In this document: positions 20,005-28,898 of the stretch, piece by piece
How the letters are laid out: each line of letters opens with the position of its first letter
Numbering within the stretch: position 1 is the stretch's first letter
NCBI GenBank assembly: GCA_005881215.1
Contig: VBDZ01000002.1
Location: forward strand, 382-64,381
DNA from: Chloroflexota bacterium
GTDB lineage: Bacteria; Chloroflexota; Dormibacteria; CF-121
Length of the DNA: 64,000 nucleotides
Direction: 5' to 3'
Made by a program: the position numbers and the translations under genes
The notes under the pieces: generated by a model
Told to the model about the DNA's origin: nothing
The model's database searches: none
What the model saw: only the letters and a program-made list of their open reading frames with translations

Positions 20005-22659
20005 ATGCCGGCGCTGAAAATCCGGACCCAGATCATCCTGCCATTCCTGCTCTTGATGCTGATCCTGGGCCTGATCGGCACCTACCTGACGACCAGCCTC
20101 GTCGCCACCTCCCTCGAGAACCGCATTGCCGACCAGCTGTCGCATTCCGAAGACGCGGCGCTCGACGCCGCCGTCAAGCTGCAGGGTCGACAGGTCGCCG
20201 CCATCCGGCTGATCGCCAACACTGAGGGCATCGACCGCGCGGTCAAAGCCGGTGACGCGGCCGCTCTCCGCCAGTTGATCGTTCCCCTGGAGGTCAACAA
20301 CCGGCTGGGGACGGTGATGATTTTCGATGCCCGCGGGCGCACCATCCTGGAAATCCGCCAGCCGGATTCCACCAACCCGAGCGGGCTGGTGTTCGCCAGC
20401 GGCACCGATCTCTCGGACGAAGCCATCATTCGACCGGTGCTCCTGGGTCAATACGATTCGCTCGGGGATAAGTACGTCGGCTACCTCGGCTCACCGCCCT
20501 CGGCGTTGGCCGCCGCCGGCCCGGTGGTGCTGGGTGACCAGGTGGTCGGCGGCGCGCTGGTCGAGACCTCGCTCGGGGCGGTGCTCAGCGACCTACAGAG
20601 CAGGTCTCAGGCGCAGGTCGCCTTGATCGATGCCAACGGGCACCTGCTCGGCAGCACGATGACGTCGCTGCATCGCGACCTCATCGACGAGCATCTGCGC
20701 TCCTACCTGGCGCTGGCCTCACCCGGTCGGGCCGCGACCCGAAGCCTCACCATCAGCGGCCAGGACTACGAATTCCAGTTCACGAACTTCTACCTGCGGC
20801 AGCACATCGAGGGATATCTCGCGGTCGGACTGTCACGGCGCAGCGTGATCGACGCCGGGTTGCAGTCCGCCCTCCAGATGACGGTGCTCTTTGCCGGGGT
20901 GGTCCTGGTCCTGCTGCTGGTCGGCTACCTGCTCGCCCTTCGCTTGACCCGGCCGATCGAGGCGCTGCTGGCGGGCACCCAGGCCGTGGCGCGCGGCGAC
21001 CTGACCAAGCGGCTCGAGGTCCGGCGCCGGGACGAGCTCGGTGAGCTGGCGACCGCCTTCAATACCATGACAGGGGACCTGCAAGAGCGCACCCGATCAC
21101 TCAACGAGCAGATGCGCCGCCTGGCGGCGCTGTCGCAGACCAGCCAGGGCCTTGGCAAAGAGACGGAGCCGGGCGCGATGGCGGAGGCCATCCTCGGCGT
21201 CAGCCTGAAGGCGCTAGGTCTCGAGACCGCCCTTCTGCTGGCTCGCAATGACGCCAACGGCCTGGAGGTGCGAGCCGTGGTCGGCCTGTCGCCGAAGGCG
21301 GCCGGACAGCTGGCGCGGCTGAGCCCGGTGAAGCTGGCCGAAGGCTTTGCGGCTGAGTCGTCGGTCGGTGTCGAGACTGCCCCCAAGCTGTCCGCCGACC
21401 CCCGCCGGGGGCTTAGGGTTTTCGCCCACCTGGCCGGCGTGCAGCAGGCCCTCGTGGTGCCACTCGTCCGGTCCGAAAAGAATGCCGGCTACCTGGTGGC
21501 CGGCGTCGCGGCCGGATACGCCTTGCCGCAGCAAGACATCGAGCTGCTGCAGACGATCGCCACCGAGATGGCGCTGATGATCGAGAATGCGGACCTCCGC
21601 AAGAAGACCGAGCTGCAGGCACACCGGCTTGACCAGGCCATCATCGCGCTGGAAAAGATCTCCCAGGCCCTGACGGCGGTCACGGTCGGCACCGACAACC
21701 TGCTGCGAGCTGTCAGCCACGCCACGGCCGAGATCCTGGATGTGCCGTACGCGTCGTTGCATCTGCGCAAGCCCGCCTGGCGTCAGCAGTTCTCCGACGT
21801 CATCGTGGGTGGGACCACGCGTCGGGAGCTGGCGGCGGTCCGCCAGAGCGGCGACCTGGCGGCGCAACGGGTGGAGCGCCCGGAGCAAGTTCTCGAACTC
21901 GACCTGGTTGGCGAGCGCGGCGAGAAACTGGCCGCGGCCCGGCGGATCGGGTTGCGGCGCGCGCTGGCCGTGCCCATGTGCCTCGCCGGTGAGATTGTCG
22001 GCGTGCTTGTGATCCACATGCGCACCCCGCGTCTGCTCGAACGGAGCGAGATCCGGGTGCTGCAGACGCTGGCAAACCAGGCGGTGATCGCGATCGAGAA
22101 CGCCGCGGCTTATGAGCAGACCAAGCAGCTCGCCACCACGGATGCCGTCACCGGCGTTGCCAACCATCGCGAGCTCGAGTCCTACCTGGACCGCGAACTC
22201 CAGCGCGCCCGGAAGACGCGCGAGTCGCTGGCCCTGATCATCTGCGACCTCGACCACTTCAAGGAAATCAACGACACCGTCGGCCACCCGGCCGGCGACG
22301 CGGTGCTGCGCCACCTCACCAGGCAGATCCTCGTTCCGGCCGTGCGGCCGAAAGACCTGGTGGCCCGGTACGGTGGCGACGAGTTCGTCCTGGTGCTCCG
22401 CGGCGCCGACAGCCGCGCAGCCCTCGCGGTCGCGGAGCGCATCCGGCGGACTGTGGCTAATCAGGCCGTCATGCTGGATGGCAAGGTGGTCTCCAACCTG
22501 TCCCTGAGCCTGGGCATCGCCGTCTTCCCGCGCGACGGCGAGACCCGCGAGGCGCTGGTGCAGGCCGCCGACCAGGCGCTCTACGTGGCAAAGCGGACCG
22601 GCCGCAACCGCGTCATCCGCAGCGAGACCGGCAGCGGCGACGCGCAGCTCGCCGCCTAG
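20005..22659 (+). CDS. sensor diguanylate cyclase (extracytoplasmic Cache-like domain, HAMP, two GAF, GGDEF)
   Basis: TM helix, ~300-aa ectodomain, second TM helix, HAMP (RPIEALLAGTQAVARGDLTKRLE), GAF-like regions, and GGDEF (RYGGDEFVLVL) with an RxxD I-site (RPKD) 5 aa upstream. Start at ATG 20005 (TTG 19987 also possible). Confidence 0.9.
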   Translation: MPALKIRTQIILPFLLLMLILGLIGTYLTTSLVATSLENRIADQLSHSEDAALDAAVKLQGRQVAAIRLIANTEGIDRAVKAGDAAALRQLIVPLEVNNRLGTVMIFDARGRTILEIRQPDSTNPSGLVFASGTDLSDEAIIRPVLLGQYDSLGDKYVGYLGSPPSALAAAGPVVLGDQVVGGALVETSLGAVLSDLQSRSQAQVALIDANGHLLGSTMTSLHRDLIDEHLRSYLALASPGRAATRSLTISGQDYEFQFTNFYLRQHIEGYLAVGLSRRSVIDAGLQSALQMTVLFAGVVLVLLLVGYLLALRLTRPIEALLAGTQAVARGDLTKRLEVRRRDELGELATAFNTMTGDLQERTRSLNEQMRRLAALSQTSQGLGKETEPGAMAEAILGVSLKALGLETALLLARNDANGLEVRAVVGLSPKAAGQLARLSPVKLAEGFAAESSVGVETAPKLSADPRRGLRVFAHLAGVQQALVVPLVRSEKNAGYLVAGVAAGYALPQQDIELLQTIATEMALMIENADLRKKTELQAHRLDQAIIALEKISQALTAVTVGTDNLLRAVSHATAEILDVPYASLHLRKPAWRQQFSDVIVGGTTRRELAAVRQSGDLAAQRVERPEQVLELDLVGERGEKLAAARRIGLRRALAVPMCLAGEIVGVLVIHMRTPRLLERSEIRVLQTLANQAVIAIENAAAYEQTKQLATTDAVTGVANHRELESYLDRELQRARKTRESLALIICDLDHFKEINDTVGHPAGDAVLRHLTRQILVPAVRPKDLVARYGGDEFVLVLRGADSRAALAVAERIRRTVANQAVMLDGKVVSNLSLSLGIAVFPRDGETREALVQAADQALYVAKRTGRNRVIRSETGSGDAQLAA

Positions 22660-22707
22660 CTTTCACTCACGGGCGTCGCGGTTGTCATTCGATAAGCTTT
22701 CGAGACC

Positions 22708-23979
22708 ATGGCCCCTGTCGCGCAACGTCCGCGTGGTACGCAGGACCTTCTGCCGCCGGACCAGCCTTACTGGGACGCGATGGAGCAAGCGGCGCAGGCC
22801 CTGGCCCTGGGTTTTGGATACCTCCGAATCGAGACACCGAGCTTCGAGTCCACCGAGCTATTTGTGCGGGGCGTGGGCGATGCGACCGACATTGTCACCA
22901 AAGAGATGTTCACCTTCGCCGACCGCGGCGGCCGCTCGCTGACGCTGCGACCGGAGGGGACCGCGCCCATCGTTCGCGCCTACTTCGATGCCGGCATGCA
23001 GCTCGAGCCGCAACCGGTCCGCCTGTACTACCTCGGCTCGTATTTCCGTTCGGAACGGCCCCAGCGTGGGCGCTTTCACGAATTCCACCAATTCGGGATT
23101 GAAGCCATCGGCGATGGCAGCCCGCTCCTTGACGTCGAGGCCGTCATCCTCGCCTGGAAATGGTTTGGTGCGCTCGGTCTCGGCGGCGTGAGCCTCCATT
23201 TGAATAGCATCGGTGACGAGGTTTGCCGTCCCGCGTATCGTGACTTACTTCGCGAGTATTACCGTCCGCACCTGGGCGAGCTCAGCGCCGATAGCCGAGC
23301 GCGCTTCGAAAAGAACCCACTTCGCCTCTTCGACTCCAAGGAGCCCCAGGATCAGGCATTGAAGCGCGACGCGCCGCGCATCGTAGATCACCTCTGCGAG
23401 CCGTGCGCGGAAGCGTTTACGACCGTCAAAGAAACCCTTGAGGCTGAGGAGATACCCTTCAGCCTGAATTCTGAGTTGGTGCGCGGCCTCGACTACTACA
23501 CCCGGACGGTTTTCGAGTACCAGCATGTCAGTCTGGGAGGGGCGCAGAACGCGCTCGGCGGCGGCGGCCGCTACGATGGCCTGGCCGGTGCGCTGGGCTA
23601 CAAGCCGACGGCGGGCATCGGGTTTGCCCTCGGAATGGAGCGGACGGCGATGATGCTCAAAGAGGCAAAGGAACTGGCACCGCTCGCCCCGGATGTCTAC
23701 GCCGTGGCGGTCGAGCCAAAAGACGAGCGGTACGTGTTCCATCTCGCCGGCACCCTTCGTGAGCGGGGGTTGCGTGTCATCGTCGATCCCAGTGCCGCGC
23801 GCCTCGACGCCAAGCTCCGCAAGGCGGCGAAGCGCGGCGCCCGGGTGGCGCTGCTGGTCGGTCCCGAAGAGCGGCAAAAAGGGGAGGCCGTCGTGCGTGA
23901 CATGCGATTGAAGACGCAGGTGAGTGTGGCCGAGCGGGAAGTGGTGCCGACCGTCACCCAGGCATTGAGCGCCGGGTGA
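22708..23979 (+). CDS. hisS: histidyl-tRNA synthetase
   Basis: PRGTQDLLP...LRPEGTAPIVRAY...YYLGSYFRSERPQRGRFHEFHQ...GGGRYDGL. Confidence 0.96.
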   Translation: MAPVAQRPRGTQDLLPPDQPYWDAMEQAAQALALGFGYLRIETPSFESTELFVRGVGDATDIVTKEMFTFADRGGRSLTLRPEGTAPIVRAYFDAGMQLEPQPVRLYYLGSYFRSERPQRGRFHEFHQFGIEAIGDGSPLLDVEAVILAWKWFGALGLGGVSLHLNSIGDEVCRPAYRDLLREYYRPHLGELSADSRARFEKNPLRLFDSKEPQDQALKRDAPRIVDHLCEPCAEAFTTVKETLEAEEIPFSLNSELVRGLDYYTRTVFEYQHVSLGGAQNALGGGGRYDGLAGALGYKPTAGIGFALGMERTAMMLKEAKELAPLAPDVYAVAVEPKDERYVFHLAGTLRERGLRVIVDPSAARLDAKLRKAAKRGARVALLVGPEERQKGEAVVRDMRLKTQVSVAEREVVPTVTQALSAG

Positions 23980-25748
23980 GCCTGACCCGTCGCACCCCCT
24001 GCGGCACTGTCCGGACGGAGCAGGTTGGATCGGACGTCGACCTCTACGGCTGGGTGCACCGGCGGCGGGACCTGGGGGGCCTGATCTTCATTGACCTGCG
24101 CGACCGTAGCGGCATCGTTCAGGTGAAGTTCGATCCGGTGCACGCGCAGGCGCACGCCGCTGGCGGCGGGCTCCGTTCGGAATCGGTGATCCACGTGCGT
24201 GGGCCGGTGCGGGTGCGGCCTCCCGGAACTGAGAACAAGGAGCTTTCGACCGGGGCGGTGGAAGTGGAGGCCCACGCGGTCGACCTGCTCAACCGCGCCC
24301 AGCCACCGCCCTTCGCCGTGAACGAAGACGGCGCTGTCGATGAGCAGCTGCGGCTCCGCTACCGATACCTCGACCTTCGTCGCTCGCGGATGGCGCGGAA
24401 TCTGCAGTTGCGCCATCGGATGACCAAGGCGATCCGCGACTTTCTCGACGATCAGGGCTTTGTCGAGATCGAAACCCCGGTTCTCATCCGCAGCACCCCG
24501 GAAGGGGCGCGCGACTACCTGGTGCCAAGCCGGCTCAAGCCCGGTCACGTCTACGCATTGGCCCAGTCACCCCAGCTCTACAAGCAGCTGCTGATGGTGG
24601 CCGGGATGGATCGCTACTTCCAGATCGTTCGCTGCTATCGCGACGAGGACCAGCGCGCCGATCGCCAGCCGGAGTTCACCCAGCTGGACCTGGAGATGTC
24701 GTTCGTCGGCGAGGACGACGTCCTGGACGTGATCGAACGCTGCTTCGCGCACATCTGGAAACAGGTGCTCAACGTTGACGTGCCGACTCCCATCCGTCGC
24801 ATCACCCATGCCGAGGCGCTACGGCGCTACGGCGTGGACAAGCCGGACCTGCGCTACGGCCTCGAGATCGAGGAACTCAGCGCCATCTTCGCCACGACCG
24901 AGTTCAAGATCTTCCGCCAGGCGCTCGATAGCGGCGGCGTCGTTCGCGGGATTCGGATTCCGCGCAACGTCGGCGGGAAGGAGATCGAGGCGCTCACTGA
25001 GGTCGCTCGCGCCGAGGGCGCCAAAGGCCTGGCCTTCTGGCACCGGGAGCCGAATGGCTGGCGCTCTCCGATCACGAAGTTCTTCAGCGACGGCGAACTG
25101 ACCGGCCTGGCGCAAGCGACCGGAGCGCAGCCGGACGATGTCGTGGTGGCCGTCGCCGATCGTGCCGAGGTCGCCGCGGCAGCGTTGGGGTCGGTGCGTA
25201 AGGCCGCGGCCGGTCCCCTCGGCCTGATCAAGGACGGGAATTTCGAATTCGTCTGGGTCACGGAGTTTCCGTTATTCGAACGCAGCAAGGAGACCGGTGA
25301 AGTGACGGCGGCCCACCATCCGTTCACTTCGCCGCGGCCCGAAGATCTCCCCCTGCTCGACAGCGAGCCCCTGCGGGTGCGGGCGCGAGCCTATGACCTG
25401 GTGCTCAACGGAACCGAGCTGGGTTCGGGCAGCATCCGCATCCACGATCCCGAGATGCAGCAGCGGGTCTTTAACGGCCTTGGCATCTCGAGGGAGGATG
25501 CCGAACGAAAATTCGGATTCCTGCTGAACGCGTTCCGCTACGGAGCACCGCCGCACGGCGGCTTCGCCTACGGGCTCGACCGGGTGGTAATGCTGGCCGC
25601 CGGCGAGGAGACGATTCGGGAGGTGATCGCGTTCCCCAAGAACCAGCAGGCCGAGGAGGTGATGACCGATGCGCCGGCACCGGCCGATCCGAAACAGCTG
25701 CGCGAGCTCGGCCTGCAACTGATGCCGCGGCCGCCACAAGCGCGCTGA
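23976..25748 (+). CDS. aspS: aspartyl-tRNA synthetase
   Basis: GWVHRRRDLGGLIFIDLRD...SPQLYKQLLM...FQIVRCYRDEDQRADRQPEFTQLD...GSGSIRIHD. GTGA overlap with hisS. Confidence 0.96.
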   Translation: MSLTRRTPCGTVRTEQVGSDVDLYGWVHRRRDLGGLIFIDLRDRSGIVQVKFDPVHAQAHAAGGGLRSESVIHVRGPVRVRPPGTENKELSTGAVEVEAHAVDLLNRAQPPPFAVNEDGAVDEQLRLRYRYLDLRRSRMARNLQLRHRMTKAIRDFLDDQGFVEIETPVLIRSTPEGARDYLVPSRLKPGHVYALAQSPQLYKQLLMVAGMDRYFQIVRCYRDEDQRADRQPEFTQLDLEMSFVGEDDVLDVIERCFAHIWKQVLNVDVPTPIRRITHAEALRRYGVDKPDLRYGLEIEELSAIFATTEFKIFRQALDSGGVVRGIRIPRNVGGKEIEALTEVARAEGAKGLAFWHREPNGWRSPITKFFSDGELTGLAQATGAQPDDVVVAVADRAEVAAAALGSVRKAAAGPLGLIKDGNFEFVWVTEFPLFERSKETGEVTAAHHPFTSPRPEDLPLLDSEPLRVRARAYDLVLNGTELGSGSIRIHDPEMQQRVFNGLGISREDAERKFGFLLNAFRYGAPPHGGFAYGLDRVVMLAAGEETIREVIAFPKNQQAEEVMTDAPAPADPKQLRELGLQLMPRPPQAR

Positions 25749-25825
25749 GGATCATTCGCAAGCCGTTACGGATTGCATAACGGCGCGCCATCGGCCGTGT
25801 AAGGTACGCAATCTACCGTAGGCGT

Positions 25826-26641
25826 ATGAACGCTGGGTCCCTAACCAAATCCGCGAAAGCTTTCATCCTCGCCTCCGGACTCATCGCGGCGTCAACGGTT
25901 ATCGCTGCCGCCCAGGATGTCCCGGTGAGCCTGGGCACGCCGGCCACCATTCCCTTCAGCGCCTGGTACATTGCGCCGCCGACCGGTCAGGTCACCCTCG
26001 GAGGGCATGCCTTCAACCTGACGAGCGGAAACCTGGTCCAGCTGCCCACGGTGAGCGGGACGAGCCAGAGCTACGCGGGCTCATATCCGAACGCCACGGC
26101 CGTCTACCTGCTGCTCAACACGTACAACACCTACTTCTGGTACCAGGGCGCCGTGGTCGGCACCGTGGTGCTGACCTTCAGCGACGGCACGACGCAGAGC
26201 ACCGACCTCAGCGTCGGCGGCAACATTCGCGAGTGGCGGATCGGAGCCGCGTCGACGGTGAACACCCTCGCCGATCCGGCGACCATACAGGTCTGGAGCG
26301 GTACAGCGCAGCCTGGGATGGGTGGGGGTGCTGCCGTCATCGACATGCTGACGATCAAGGCGGCAGCGGCCGGTAAGACCCTGACCACCGTGACGGTGAA
26401 CGACACGAACACCTTCGGCGCGCTGAAAATCGACCTCGCGGGACTGACCGTGGACGATGTGGCGCCGACGCCAACGCCCACGCCGGGGCCCGCCGCCTGC
26501 ACGCCAAAACACGCGAACGACAAGCAAAAGGCCGAAGCCGAGAAGCACGTAAAACATTGCGACGACACGGATAAGAGCGACGCAAAGGCCGATGTGGAAA
26601 AAGACGACCAGCCCGCGGCCGTCGAGCGAGACGACGACTGA
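25826..26641 (+). CDS. secreted hypothetical protein, tandem paralog 1 (unknown ~190-aa domain plus charged Cys-pair tail)
   Basis: Signal-peptide-like N-terminus (ILASGLIAASTVIAAAQD). Conserved blocks are shared with 26807..27607 (LLLNTYNTYFWY, FSDGTTQSTDLSVGGNIREWR, AQPGMGGGAAVIDML, GALKIDLAGLTVD). Own terminator. Confidence 0.8.
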   Translation: MNAGSLTKSAKAFILASGLIAASTVIAAAQDVPVSLGTPATIPFSAWYIAPPTGQVTLGGHAFNLTSGNLVQLPTVSGTSQSYAGSYPNATAVYLLLNTYNTYFWYQGAVVGTVVLTFSDGTTQSTDLSVGGNIREWRIGAASTVNTLADPATIQVWSGTAQPGMGGGAAVIDMLTIKAAAAGKTLTTVTVNDTNTFGALKIDLAGLTVDDVAPTPTPTPGPAACTPKHANDKQKAEAEKHVKHCDDTDKSDAKADVEKDDQPAAVERDDD

Positions 26642-26656
26642 GCGTTACCGCTCCTG

Positions 26657-26693
26657 AGGCCCGGCTGCGGCGGCCGGGCCTCCTTCGTTTTCA
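26657..26693 (+). terminator. rho-independent terminator after paralog 1
   Basis: GAGGCCCGGC-tgcggcg-GCCGGGCCTC (10-bp stem) followed by CTTCGTTTTC. Confidence 0.75.
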
Positions 26694-26806
26694 CCAGCCC
26701 GTAACACTTTCAGGCGGAGACCTGTGACCACCGTTTTGCCACCCCGTTACGGATCGCAAGATGTGCGCCATCAAGCGCGTAAGGTACGCAACATACAGTA
26801 GGCGAC

Positions 26807-27607
26807 ATGAACGCCGCCATCTTCACGAAACCCGCGAAAGGTCTCATTCTCGCGTCCGGTTTGATCGCTGCATCGAGCGTTTTGGGCTTTGCGCAAGACG
26901 CGCCGGTAGCCCTCGGCGCACAGGCGACTGTTCCGCTCAGCTCGCTCTACGTGTCGGCCCCGACGGGCATCACGACCCTGGGCGGCCATAGCTTTGACCT
27001 GAGTGGCGGCAACCTGCTTGCCCTCGGCAATGGTCAGAGCGCGACGCTCAGCGGCTCGTGGGCGAACGCGACGAGCGCCTACCTGCTGTTGAACAGCTAC
27101 AACACCTACTGGTGGTACGACCAGTCCGTCGTCGGCAACGTCACGTTCACCTTCAGCGACGGCACGACCCAGAGCACCGACCTGACGGTTGGCGGCAACA
27201 TCCGCGAGTGGCGGACTGGCGCCGGCTACACCATCAATACGCTCGCTGATCCCGCCGCGGCGAATGTCTGGACCGGGAGCGCCCAGCCGGGCATGGGTGG
27301 CGGAACCGCCGTCATCGACATGCTGTCGATCACGCTCCCCGGCAAGAACGTCACCAGCGTCACCCTGAACGACATCAATACCTGGGGCGCGCTGCAGCTT
27401 GACCTCGCCGGCCTAACGATCGACCCGGTTGCGCCGACGGCGACCTGTGTTCGGCCCGGCCAGTCGGCGCTGGGTAATGCCCAGGCTTGCGCCCACAGCC
27501 AGGCACCGGAGAACGCGAACTCTGCGAACTTCACGGGTACGAGCCCGTCGCAGGGCAAGTCGACCCAAAGCTCGACCGCCGGTACCAAAACGCATCCGAC
27601 CCACTAA
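26807..27607 (+). CDS. secreted hypothetical protein, tandem paralog 2
   Basis: Signal-peptide-like N-terminus. By eye, roughly 55-65% identical to paralog 1 over the first ~215 aa. Divergent S/T/Q-rich tail with a Cys pair. Confidence 0.8.
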   Translation: MNAAIFTKPAKGLILASGLIAASSVLGFAQDAPVALGAQATVPLSSLYVSAPTGITTLGGHSFDLSGGNLLALGNGQSATLSGSWANATSAYLLLNSYNTYWWYDQSVVGNVTFTFSDGTTQSTDLTVGGNIREWRTGAGYTINTLADPAAANVWTGSAQPGMGGGTAVIDMLSITLPGKNVTSVTLNDINTWGALQLDLAGLTIDPVAPTATCVRPGQSALGNAQACAHSQAPENANSANFTGTSPSQGKSTQSSTAGTKTHPTH

Positions 27608-27646
27608 CCAACAGATGCGGGAGGTCCCGCGACCCTGACAAATCAG

Positions 27647-27685
27647 GAGAGGTCCGGCAAAGCGCCGGGCCTCTCTTCGTTTTCC
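27647..27685 (+). terminator. rho-independent terminator after paralog 2
   Basis: GAGAGGTCCGGC-aaagc-GCCGGGCCTCTC (12-bp stem, one G-U pair) followed by TTCGTTTTCC. The 3' arm and tail are homologous to the paralog-1 terminator. Confidence 0.75.
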
Positions 27686-27721
27686 GGGGGTGGCCGACCA
27701 CGATCCGCTACACTCGCGGGG

Positions 27722-27994
27722 TTGCCTGTGCCCGTCCCGCCGGTTTTCGTGCTGGCCATTCTCGTCATCCTGTTGGGCACGCAGCTGGCCTACGTGGTGG
27801 CCCCCCGGGCGCCGCATTACCTGGTTCGCCTGGTCCTGAGTGCCCTGGCGGTCCTGATCGGTGAAGGCCTGGGCCTGGCCGGGATCGGCGGCCGGCTGAC
27901 GCTCGGCGAGCTGCACCCCGTCAATGACCTGGCGGTGCTGGCCGTCCTGCAGTGGGCCGGCACCCGGTGGATCAGGCGGGAGCAACCGGCGTAA
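27722..27994 (+). CDS. small hydrophobic membrane protein, hypothetical
   Basis: 90 aa with 2-3 predicted TM segments and strong G/C third-position bias. TACACT lies 7 nt upstream of TTG 27722 (GTG 27728 is an alternative start). Confidence 0.5.
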   Translation: MPVPVPPVFVLAILVILLGTQLAYVVAPRAPHYLVRLVLSALAVLIGEGLGLAGIGGRLTLGELHPVNDLAVLAVLQWAGTRWIRREQPA

Positions 27995-28071
27995 CCGCGT
28001 TTGAGGCGGCGGGAAACGCGGTACAACATGGGAAATATCCCGTGACGAGCACCGTCGGGAGGATCGGGTAA

Positions 28072-28416
28072 GTGGTCTGGCAAGTCGGCGTCCTGTTGGT
28101 TGGCATCGGGTTCCTGATTCTCAGCCTCTTTGCCTCCTTCATCTTGGTCAACATGACGCGCAGCCTGCGCACGATTGAAGCCATCCTGACGCTGACCCTC
28201 GACGAAGCGCGACTGGCGCTACCGGAGCTGCGGCACAGCCTGCAGCAGGTCGATGACATGGTCACCGGGGTCAATGACAAGTTCACGGCAGCCGACCGGG
28301 CGATGAACGCCACCGGCTCCGTCATCACCGGCTGGCGCGACCGGGTGCGGGATGCGCTGGGTGGACTCGGCCGACGGCGCGGACCCCAGACAGGCAAACA
28401 GCGGGAGGAATCATGA
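28072..28416 (+). CDS. DUF948-like membrane-anchored coiled-coil protein (general-stress-protein type)
   Basis: N-terminal TM helix (VLLVGIGFLILSLFASFILV) followed by a helical region, the architecture remembered for DUF948. GGGAGGA SD 8 nt upstream of GTG. Confidence 0.65.
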   Translation: MVWQVGVLLVGIGFLILSLFASFILVNMTRSLRTIEAILTLTLDEARLALPELRHSLQQVDDMVTGVNDKFTAADRAMNATGSVITGWRDRVRDALGGLGRRRGPQTGKQREES

Positions 28417-28898
28417 GGGAGAGTCGACTTCGCCATCAACCGGCCGGCAGCAGCCACGAGACGACTCACGGTGGTGCCTACGTCACTGAGCTCAAACTAC
28501 CGGCGGTGACCGACTACATCGTGGTTGCCAAGCGCGCCGCGGCATCACTCGGGTTGGTCGTCGGGTTCTCACTCCAGGAGATCGACGACCTCAACATCGC
28601 GATCACCCAGGCCTGTGAGAACGCCATCGCCGCCGCCGCCCAGCAGTGGGGGAGTGGCAATGGACAGTTGAAATTGATTTTCAAGAGCCAGCCTCGGCGG
28701 ATCGAAGTCGAGGTACGCAGCGTGCCGCCTCGGGCGGTCGAGCAGCAGGCCGTGCGGCCCGCCCGGCGCGCGACCGAACTCGATTATGAAACCATTGGTC
28801 TGAACATGATCCGGCTGTTCGTCGATGAACTGCGCTACCAGGTCGACAATCAGACCGGCAGCATGCGGATGAGGATGGTCAAATACCTGATCGAGTAG
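28413..28898 (+). CDS. RsbW/SpoIIAB-like anti-sigma factor with degenerate ATP-binding motifs
   Basis: LKLPAVTDYIVVAKRAAASLG...SLQEIDDLNIAITQACENAI aligns by eye with RsbW (VPAQPEYVGIIRLTLSGVA...YDEIEDLKIAVSEACTNAV). The G1 and G2 boxes are not recognisable. ATGA overlap with DUF948, immediately upstream of the sigma gene. Confidence 0.65.
   Translation: MRESRLRHQPAGSSHETTHGGAYVTELKLPAVTDYIVVAKRAAASLGLVVGFSLQEIDDLNIAITQACENAIAAAAQQWGSGNGQLKLIFKSQPRRIEVEVRSVPPRAVEQQAVRPARRATELDYETIGLNMIRLFVDELRYQVDNQTGSMRMRMVKYLIE

Noticed and set aside
28829-28898. Programmed -1 frameshift fusing the anti-sigma factor to the sigma factor (the sigma frame is -1 relative to the anti-sigma frame)
   Set aside because: No X-XXY-YYZ slippery heptamer and no obvious downstream stimulatory structure lie between the sigma-frame stop (28826) and the anti-sigma stop (28896). 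Independent initiation (ATA 28883) or a local error is more parsimonious.
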